In this document: piece after piece, positions 1-5,154 of the stretch
How positions within the stretch are numbered: the stretch's first letter is position 1
How the letters are laid out: each line of letters opens with the position of its first letter
DNA from: Candidatus Auribacterota bacterium
Lineage (GTDB): Bacteria; Auribacterota; UBA6266
DNA: 6,005 nucleotides
Reading direction: 5' to 3'
NCBI GenBank assembly: GCA_023136205.1
Contig: JAGLRQ010000037.1
Location: forward strand, 1 to 6,005
Translations under genes and position numbers: made by a program
The notes under the pieces: generated by a model
Databases searched by the model: none
What the model saw: the letters and a program-made list of their open reading frames with translations, nothing else
Told to the model about the DNA's origin: nothing

Positions 1-497
1 CACGTCTTTACGGCCTTTGCGGGAGGGGAAGAAAAGCGCAGTATAAATTGGCTGAGCACTTTTGTATAAAAAATATTCCCCAGCCTGCCGGAGGATGCCT
101 TCTTACAGATGCGAATTTTTCCAAAAAGCTTAAACATTCAATTGAGGCAGGTGAAAACAGTTTTGAGGACGTGGAATTGATTAAAGGGGGAAGATTGTTC
201 AGGCATGTTTCCGGGAGCCGGCTGGTAATTGCCAGAAACGAATCTGAAAGCAATTACCTGTGGAATAAAGAATGTGATAACATAGTAAAATTGAGGCCTG
301 AAAAGGTGTCTGGAGCAACAGGGATTCTTATTCCAAAGGGCAGTTTGTGTATAGAAGAGGCCGCGTCAGCGGTTGCTTACTATGGTAAAGGAAGAGATAC
401 AGAAAGAGTTGACATTTTTTTCAAGACAGGGGATAGTTCCGGGCAGGTCGCGGTTAAACCGGTGGAGCCTGGGACAATAGGATTTGAATTGATATGA
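1..497 (+). CDS. PP-loop (adenine nucleotide alpha-hydrolase) superfamily ATPase, MnmA/ThiI-like putative sulfurtransferase; C-terminal part, 5' end lies upstream of the window
   Basis: Track ORF 48..497 starts at a TTG, but the same frame is open back to base 3 (RLYGLCGRGRKAQYK|LAEHF...), so the gene enters from upstream. It contains ...IPQPAGGCLLTD..FSKKL..., a conserved-Cys motif I recall from uncharacterised MnmA/ThiI-related PP-loop proteins (from memory, not searched). Stop TGA 495-497 overlaps the thiD ATG 494-496 (ATGA). Confidence 0.6.
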   Translation, partial: RLYGLCGRGRKAQYKLAEHFCIKNIPQPAGGCLLTDANFSKKLKHSIEAGENSFEDVELIKGGRLFRHVSGSRLVIARNESESNYLWNKECDNIVKLRPEKVSGATGILIPKGSLCIEEAASAVAYYGKGRDTERVDIFFKTGDSSGQVAVKPVEPGTIGFELI

Positions 498-1297
498 GGA
501 AAAAGAAAATATCTTTGGCTTTGACAATTGCGGGCTCAGATTCCGGGGGAGGGGCAGGTATTCAGGCGGACCTTAAAACATTTTTTGCGTTTGGGGTTTA
601 TGGAACGAGCGTGATTACAAGCCTTACTGCTCAAAATACCTGTGGTGTCTCCGGAATATTTGAAGTAGAGCCTTCATTTGTGTTAAAACAGATTAGAGCT
701 GTTTTTGATGATATGAGGGTTGACGCGGTTAAAACCGGTATGCTTTATAATAAAAAGATAGTTGGGCTTATCGCGTCCTACTTCAAAAACGCGGGATTTA
801 AAAAAATAATTGTTGACCCTGTAATGATCTCAAAGAGCGGACACAGGCTGTTAAAAGCGGATGCTGTAAAAGCTTTGAAAGAAAAACTTTTGCCGATAGC
901 TTTTTTAGTAACCCCCAATATTTTTGAAGCAGAGAAATTAACAGGCATGAAAATTTGTTCCGTAGAAGATATGAAGAAGGCGGGTAAATTGATTCAGAAA
1001 TGCGGTGTGAGAAATGTTCTTATAAAAGGCGGACATCTTTCCGGTAACCCTTGTGATGTTCTTGTTTCCCCAAAGGGGGTTAAGGTCTATGAGGGTAAAA
1101 GGTATTCATCCGGCTGCACACATGGGGTAGGGTGTACTCTCTCTTCAGCAATAACAGCTTCAGTTGCAAGGGGCTTTTCAATATTCAAAGCTGTTGAAAT
1201 AGCAAAGAGATATGTTGAAGAAGCAATAAAGAATGGTTATAATCCAGGTAAAGGATGCGGCCCTGTAAACCATTTTGTCAAACCGAAAATAGAGTAA
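494..1297 (+). CDS. thiD: Hydroxymethylpyrimidine/phosphomethylpyrimidine kinase (ThiD)
   Basis: 267 aa. The N-terminal LALTIAGSDSGGGAGIQADLKTF signature, the ribokinase-fold GxGC region (THGVGCTLSSAI) and the length are all typical of ThiD. ATGA overlap with the upstream gene; TAA stop at 1295-1297. Confidence 0.95.
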   Translation: MRKKKISLALTIAGSDSGGGAGIQADLKTFFAFGVYGTSVITSLTAQNTCGVSGIFEVEPSFVLKQIRAVFDDMRVDAVKTGMLYNKKIVGLIASYFKNAGFKKIIVDPVMISKSGHRLLKADAVKALKEKLLPIAFLVTPNIFEAEKLTGMKICSVEDMKKAGKLIQKCGVRNVLIKGGHLSGNPCDVLVSPKGVKVYEGKRYSSGCTHGVGCTLSSAITASVARGFSIFKAVEIAKRYVEEAIKNGYNPGKGCGPVNHFVKPKIE

Positions 1298-1302
1298 AAG
1301 CC

Positions 1303-1368
1303 GTATATAGTCCCCTTAGGGGAGGCTGCGCTGCGCGCTGCGCACTATTTCGTATCATGGTATATAGT
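1303..1368. repeat. Perfect 9-bp direct repeat GTATATAGT (1303-1311 and 1360-1368) bracketing a 48-nt GC-rich, hairpin-forming island (1312-1359)
   Basis: Read directly from the sequence. The island contains CCCC-TTA-GGGG (1312-1322) and GCTGCGC-TGC-GCGCTGC (1325-1341, one T.T mismatch). It also contains a (CTGCG)2-CG-CTGCG pentamer run. ATAGT (1307-1311) can pair with ACTAT (1344-1348) to close both hairpins. Local GC content is far above the surrounding spacer. Confidence 0.5.
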
Positions 1369-1380
1369 AAAAATGCAAGA

Positions 1381-1443
1381 TTAGCTTTTAGCCGTTAGCT
1401 GTCAGATTACTCAATACGCAATACTCGATGCTCAATGCTTGAC
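1381..1443. repeat. Nine consecutive in-phase heptads: TTAGCTT/TTAGCCG/TTAGCTG/TCAGATT then ACTCAAT/ACGCAAT/ACTCGAT/GCTCAAT/GCTTGAC
   Basis: Read directly. Heptads start at 1381, 1388, 1395, 1402, 1409, 1416, 1423, 1430 and 1437. There are two different degenerate heptamer families in one continuous register, ending 14 nt before the def ATG. Confidence 0.6.
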
Positions 1444-1456
1444 TACAGGAAATATT

Positions 1457-1957
1457 ATGAAAATATATAAATACGGTGCTAAAGTTTTGAGGCAAAAAGC
1501 TGAGCCGGTGAAATGGTCTCCCGAGATAAGAAACTTTATAATGGAAATGTTCAAGACTATGAAAGCGGAAAGTGGTGTTGGCCTTGCGGCTCCTCAGGTG
1601 GGTAAGTCTTCTAGAATAATAATTATAGATGTTGGAGAAGGCCCCATGGCGTTTATTAATCCGGAGATAATAAAAAAAGAAGGGGACTCTGTTGCCGAGG
1701 AAGGGTGTTTGAGTTTCCCCGGTATTTATTTTGAAATTGAAAGAGCGGAGAAAATTGAGGTAAAAGCCGTTAATGACAAGGGCGGGGAAATAACTATTTC
1801 CGCGGCCGGCCTTGCCGCTAGGGCTATCCAGCACGAGGTTGACCATCTGAACGGTGTTTTAATAGTAGATAGAGCGAGCTTTTTAAATAGAAAACTCGCG
1901 GCAGGTAAGCTTAGAAAGATTAAAAAAGAGGGACAGAAAGATGAAATGTTTTCATAA
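1457..1957 (+). CDS. def: Peptide deformylase
   Basis: All three PDF motifs are present: GVGLAAPQVG, EGCLSFPG and QHEVDHLNG (HExxH). I prefer ATG 1457 (MKIYKYGAKVLRQKA...) to the track's TTG 1439 because AGGA at 1447-1450 sits 6 nt upstream and the N-terminus then has normal length. TAA stop at 1955-1957. Confidence 0.95.
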   Translation: MKIYKYGAKVLRQKAEPVKWSPEIRNFIMEMFKTMKAESGVGLAAPQVGKSSRIIIIDVGEGPMAFINPEIIKKEGDSVAEEGCLSFPGIYFEIERAEKIEVKAVNDKGGEITISAAGLAARAIQHEVDHLNGVLIVDRASFLNRKLAAGKLRKIKKEGQKDEMFS

Positions 1958-2021
1958 GTGTGTTCCCTGTTTTGTTAAGCAAGCTGTGGAAGAAAGATTA
2001 AATAATAGCATGTGGTGTTGA
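1941..2021 (+). CDS. Hypothetical 26-aa Cys-rich micro-ORF (MKCFHKCVPCFVKQAVEERLNNSMWC); speculative
   Basis: Hand translation. ATG 1941 is preceded by GAGGGA (1928-1933) with a 7-nt gap. The ORF overlaps the last 17 nt of def in another frame. It has four Cys including CxxC. TGA at 2019-2021 is in the same frame as the radical SAM GTG at 2040. The ORF is too short to distinguish from chance on sequence alone. Confidence 0.2.
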   Translation: MKCFHKCVPCFVKQAVEERLNNSMWC

Positions 2022-2039
2022 ATAAAAGAGAGGCTAAAA

Positions 2040-2963
2040 GTGGGATACATTTACGGTCCGGTTGTTTCAAGAAGGTTGGGGATGTCGCTTGGAATTGATG
2101 TTGTTCCTTTGAAAACATGTCCTTTTAATTGTATTTATTGCCAGCTTGCTTCGTCCTCAAAGAAAATCACAAAGAGAAAAGAATATGTTTCTGCTGAGCA
2201 AATATTGGATGAGTTCCGCAAGTTTCCTTCCCAAAATGCTGTTTATGAATGGATAACATTTTCCGGTTCCGGCGAACCCACTTTAAATATTGATCTTGGA
2301 AACATGATAAGGGAAATAAAAAAGATTTCGTCAAAAAAGGTATGTGTTATAACAAACAGTTTGTTTCTTAAGATGGAAGAAGTAAGGCATGATCTTCTTG
2401 AAGCCGATCTGGTAATGCCGTCCCTGGATGCTGTTTCCCAGGATATTTTTGAAAGAATAAACCGCCCTTTTGAAGGTGTCACTGCCGAAGAAATTATTGA
2501 AGGGCTTGTAAAATTTAGAATGGAATTTTTCAACCGGATATGGCTTGAAATAATGCTTGTTAAAGGCATCAATGATACGGATAGGGAGGTTGAGAAGTTT
2601 GCTTATGCCATAAGCAGGATTAAACCTGATAAAATTCATCTAAACACTGTTGTAAGGCCTCCGATTGAAAAAAATGTTTTACCGGTCGACCGGTTTACGC
2701 TTATAAAAATAGCAGATAAACTTGGAAAGAATGTAAATGTTATTGGAAACCTGCCTAAGATTCCCGAGCTTGGCTATGGTGAAATTAGCAGTGCAGGGCT
2801 TCTTTCCCTTCTTGAAAGCCATCCTGCTACCCTGGATGAAATATCGGTCTCGTTTGGAGTTTCTGTTCAGGACGCAGCCCGGATTGTGGAAGAACTGATT
2901 AAAATCCGCAAGATTAAAATAAAACGTTTTGAAAACAAACAATATTATATTTTTGGCAGTTAG
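2040..2963 (+). CDS. Radical SAM protein, single CxxxCxxC cluster, bacterial 'YGPVxSRRLG' / COG0731 (TYW1-like) type, with C-terminal winged-helix-like domain; function unknown
   Basis: 307 aa. The N-terminus GYIYGPVVSRRLGMSLGIDVVPLKTCPFNCIYCQ carries the CX3CX2C motif. SGSGEPT is a SAM-binding GGE-like motif. There is only one further Cys (C102), so no SPASM/twitch auxiliary cluster. The C-terminal ~55 aa (LLSLLESHPATLDEISVSFGVSVQDAARIVEELIKIRKIKIKRFENKQYYIF) look like helix-turn-helix plus wing. GTG start has GAGAGG (2028-2033) 6 nt upstream. TAG stop. Confidence 0.9.
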   Translation: MGYIYGPVVSRRLGMSLGIDVVPLKTCPFNCIYCQLASSSKKITKRKEYVSAEQILDEFRKFPSQNAVYEWITFSGSGEPTLNIDLGNMIREIKKISSKKVCVITNSLFLKMEEVRHDLLEADLVMPSLDAVSQDIFERINRPFEGVTAEEIIEGLVKFRMEFFNRIWLEIMLVKGINDTDREVEKFAYAISRIKPDKIHLNTVVRPPIEKNVLPVDRFTLIKIADKLGKNVNVIGNLPKIPELGYGEISSAGLLSLLESHPATLDEISVSFGVSVQDAARIVEELIKIRKIKIKRFENKQYYIFGS

Positions 2964-3001
2964 CCGGTAATCTGGCTGACTTGAATGAATCCTTTGGGCA
3001 C

Positions 3002-3020
3002 AATCTGTTCAGATTCTTTT
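3002..3020 (+). terminator. Weak hairpin/inverted repeat AATCTG-TT-CAGATT followed by CTTTT; possible weak terminator of the radical SAM gene or an operator-like palindrome
   Basis: Read directly: 6-bp arms at 3002-3007 and 3010-3015 with a 2-nt centre, then a short T tract. The stem is AT-rich and the loop is too tight for a strong terminator. Confidence 0.25.
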
Positions 3021-3036
3021 GATGCCAAATTTAATA

Positions 3037-3065
3037 TTGACATCCTAAACTTCCTGTGCTAAGTT
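3037..3065 (+). promoter_or_regulatory. Candidate sigma70-type promoter of rplM-rpsI
   Basis: Perfect -35 TTGACA (3037-3042) and a 17-nt spacer ending in TGc (extended -10). The -10 is TAAGTT (3060-3065). An A/T-rich stretch AAATTTAATA lies immediately upstream and is UP-element-like. The predicted leader is about 40 nt. Confidence 0.5.
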
Positions 3066-3074
3066 ATGCCCCTG

Positions 3075-3088
3075 TTTGATTTTTGATT
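3075..3088 (+). repeat. Perfect tandem heptamer duplication TTTGATT TTTGATT in the rplM leader
   Basis: Read directly: 3075-3081 and 3082-3088. Confidence 0.6.
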
Positions 3089-3111
3089 ACTGTGAACAAG
3101 GGAAAGGTAAA

Positions 3112-3552
3112 ATGAGGACTTTTGCTGCGAAAAAAATTGATGTAGATAGAAAATGGTATCTTCTTGATGCCGAAGGTAAGATTTTGGGCAGAATGGCTAC
3201 CCAAATCGCGGATATTTTAAGAGGGAAATCCAAGCCGATTTATACTCCCCACGTTGATACGGGAGATTTTGTCATTGTCATTAATGCCGAAAAAGTAAAG
3301 CTTACCGGTAAAAAGAAGGAGCAGAAAGAATATATATCCAAAAGTCCCTATCAGGGAGGGCTTAAAAAAGTTCCTTTTAAAAAGATGGTAGAGAAAAATC
3401 CGGAGAAAGTGATATTCCAGGCTGTTAGAGGGATGCTGCCTAAAAACAAGCTTAGCAGCCAGGTTCTTAAAAAGCTTAAAGTATACAGGGGCCTTGAAAA
3501 TCCTCATGCGGCTCAGAAGCCTAAAGTATTAACATTATCGGGAGTGGAATAA
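3112..3552 (+). CDS. rplM: 50S ribosomal protein L13
   Basis: [39 protein letters not shown]... is a canonical L13 N-terminus. I prefer ATG 3112, with GGAAAGG at 3101-3107, to the track's TTG 3076, which would add 12 non-conserved residues. TAA stop at 3550-3552 abuts the rpsI ATG. Confidence 0.95.
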   Translation: MRTFAAKKIDVDRKWYLLDAEGKILGRMATQIADILRGKSKPIYTPHVDTGDFVIVINAEKVKLTGKKKEQKEYISKSPYQGGLKKVPFKKMVEKNPEKVIFQAVRGMLPKNKLSSQVLKKLKVYRGLENPHAAQKPKVLTLSGVE

Positions 3553-3942
3553 ATGATTGAAGAATATCGTGCTACAGGAAGAAGAAAAACTGCGGTTGCC
3601 CAGGTGAGATTAATGCTTGGGAAAGGCAAGATTGAGGTTAATGAAAAACCTCTGAAAAATTATTTTGGTGTGGGAGCGTTTATAAACCAGGTTGAAAGCC
3701 CCCTTGCCGATACCAATAGCCTCGGCAAATATGATATAATAATCAAAGTGAATGGCGGGGGAGATGTTGGCCAGGCCGGAGCGATAAGGCATGGAATTGC
3801 AAGGGCTCTTATTAAAGCCGATGGGTCTCTGAAAGACCCTCTTAAGGAAAAAGCGCACCTTACAAGAGATGACAGGATGAAAGAGAGAAAAAAATACGGA
3901 AGAGCAGGAGCAAGAAAGAGGTTTCAGTTCTCTAAGCGCTAG
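3553..3942 (+). CDS. rpsI: 30S ribosomal protein S9
   Basis: 129 aa. YRATGRRKTAVAQV..., GGGDVGQAGAIRHGIARAL and the C-terminal ...RDDRMKERKKYGRAGARKRFQFSKR are canonical S9. GGGAG lies 8 nt upstream of the start. The gene has the conserved rplM-rpsI pairing. Confidence 0.97.
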   Translation: MIEEYRATGRRKTAVAQVRLMLGKGKIEVNEKPLKNYFGVGAFINQVESPLADTNSLGKYDIIIKVNGGGDVGQAGAIRHGIARALIKADGSLKDPLKEKAHLTRDDRMKERKKYGRAGARKRFQFSKR

Positions 3943-3959
3943 ATTACCAGAATTCTCAA

Positions 3960-3991
3960 GGGCAGAGGACTTTACCTCTGCCCTTTTTTTT
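3960..3991 (+). terminator. Rho-independent terminator of rplM-rpsI
   Basis: GGGCAGAGG (3960-3968), loop ACTTTA, CCTCTGCCC (3975-3983), then T8 (3984-3991). It starts 18 nt after the rpsI stop. Confidence 0.88.
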
Positions 3992-4035
3992 GTTTTTCAA
4001 CTAACTGCGGTGTTTCCCGGATGTTACTATAAGTA

Positions 4036-4064
4036 TTGTTTTCTAATGCGAATTTTGGGATAAT
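4036..4064 (+). promoter_or_regulatory. Candidate sigma70-type promoter of argC-argJ
   Basis: -35 TTGTTT (4036-4041), a 17-nt spacer ending in TGG (extended -10), and -10 GATAAT (4059-4064). It lies downstream of the strong terminator and about 50 nt upstream of the argC ATG. Confidence 0.4.
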
Positions 4065-4113
4065 CATATACTTTATTTATATATGGATAAATCTGAACAG
4101 GGATTGGTGAATT

Positions 4114-5136
4114 ATGATAAAAGTTTCAATTGTGGGGGCGACCGGGTATACCGGGGAACAAATTATAAAAATACTTCTCAGGCATAAGGATGCTAAAATA
4201 GTATCCCTAACCGCTAAACTTGATAATGAAGTTTATATAGACGATGAATTTCCCGAGCTTAAGAACCTTATTCATCAAAAATGCTATCCCTTTGAGAAAG
4301 AAAAGGCTATTTCCGGGGCTGATCTTATATTTCTGGCATTGCCGCATACCCTGAGTATGAAATTTTCCGGGTATTTTCTTGATAAGGGCCTGAAGGTTAT
4401 AGACCTGAGCGCGGATTACAGACTGAAAGATGCTGAGGTTTATTCAAGGTGGTACGATTGCAGGCATACTGATTTGGGCAATATTGAAAAGGCAGTTTAC
4501 GGCTTACCCGAACTTTATGAAAACGAAATAAAAAAGGCTGATTTTGTCGCTAATCCCGGGTGTTACCCTACCAGTGCAATTCTCGGGCTTGCTCCTGTTT
4601 TGAAAGAAGGGCTAAATTCCGGCAGTGAGATTATTATTGATTCTAAAACAGGGATCATGGGAGCAGGCAGGAAAGCGAGCCTTGCATTTCATTTTCCGGA
4701 GTGTGAGGGGAGCGTAAAAGCATATAGGATAGGGGCCCACCAGCATACACCCGAGATGGAACAGGAGCTTTCAAAAATCGCGGGCAAAAACATAAAGGTT
4801 TTATTTACCCCTCACCTGATACCGATGTCGAGGGGTATTTTGAGTACTATTTATCTGACTTTAAAAAAAGAGGTATCTCTTGGGAAAATTGTAGAATTAT
4901 ATAGTGATTTTTACAAAGGGAAACCTTTTGTAAGGGTATATCCGCAAGGGAAACTGCCTCAAACAAAGGATATAAGGTCTAATAATTTTTGTGATATCGG
5001 GTTTGCATATGATAAGGCAACGGGGAAACTGGTAATAATTTCCACAGTGGACAATCTTCTTAAGGGGGCGGCGGGCCAGGCTGTCCAAAACATGAATATA
5101 ATGTTTGGCCTGGAGCAAACAGAAGGTTTAATTTAA
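4114..5136 (+). CDS. argC: N-acetyl-gamma-glutamyl-phosphate reductase
   Basis: 340 aa. N-terminal Rossmann motif VSIVGATGYTGEQI, active-site ANPGCYPTS, and C-terminal DNLLKGAAGQAVQNMN are all typical of ArgC. TAA stop at 5134-5136. Confidence 0.95.
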   Translation: MIKVSIVGATGYTGEQIIKILLRHKDAKIVSLTAKLDNEVYIDDEFPELKNLIHQKCYPFEKEKAISGADLIFLALPHTLSMKFSGYFLDKGLKVIDLSADYRLKDAEVYSRWYDCRHTDLGNIEKAVYGLPELYENEIKKADFVANPGCYPTSAILGLAPVLKEGLNSGSEIIIDSKTGIMGAGRKASLAFHFPECEGSVKAYRIGAHQHTPEMEQELSKIAGKNIKVLFTPHLIPMSRGILSTIYLTLKKEVSLGKIVELYSDFYKGKPFVRVYPQGKLPQTKDIRSNNFCDIGFAYDKATGKLVIISTVDNLLKGAAGQAVQNMNIMFGLEQTEGLI

Positions 5137-5154
5137 CTCAGCGGGGATATTTTT

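Noticed and set aside
1298-1360. Intrinsic terminator for thiD in the GC-rich hairpins
   Set aside because: The hairpins are not followed by a U tract (GGCTGCG and ACTATTTCG follow), so they do not fit the canonical rho-independent pattern. The region is reported instead as a structured island of unknown role.
1439-1444. TTGACT hexamer as a -35 element for def
   Set aside because: It is only 13 nt from the def ATG, so any -10 would fall inside the coding region. It is better explained as the last degenerate heptad of the repeat array.
1439-1456. TTG-initiated N-terminal extensions proposed by the track for def (1439) and likewise for rplM (3076-3111)
   Set aside because: The internal ATGs (1457, 3112) have properly spaced SD sequences and give N-termini matching the conserved family starts. 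The extensions add non-conserved residues, and for rplM they would begin only about 4 nt downstream of the predicted transcription start, leaving no room for an SD.
2019-2021. Alternative genetic code (UGA = Trp/Gly) fusing the micro-ORF to the radical SAM gene
   Set aside because: All seven conserved genes are full length under the standard code with no in-frame TGA, and TGA terminates the PP-loop gene at a typical ATGA junction. A TGA-recoding genome would show many internal TGAs. Only site-specific readthrough or Sec remains, and that is treated as a low-probability option in the findings.
1957-2040. Absence of fmt after def as a sign of rearrangement or an island boundary
   Set aside because: The def-fmt linkage is common but not universal, and there are no flanking repeats, integrase or composition shift around the radical SAM gene to support an insertion event.
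4082-4099. ARG-box-like sequence TATGGATAAATCTGAACA in the argC leader (possible ArgR operator)
   Set aside because: By hand comparison with the E. coli-type consensus TNTGAATWWWWATTCANW, only about 12 of 16 specified positions match and the right half-site is poor. There is no second tandem box, and AT-rich DNA gives such partial matches easily. It is kept only as context for the shared-motif finding.
8-5118. The other minus-strand track ORFs (8..253, 1388..1846, 2243..2572, 2331..2639, 2679..2942, 3217..3507, 3610..3858, 4897..5118)
   Set aside because: Each is wholly or almost wholly embedded antisense in a + strand gene with strong family signatures (PP-loop protein, def, radical SAM, rplM, rpsI, argC; 1388..1846 extends about 70 nt into the thiD-def spacer). 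Their translations are low-complexity with no recognisable motifs, and none has a convincing SD.
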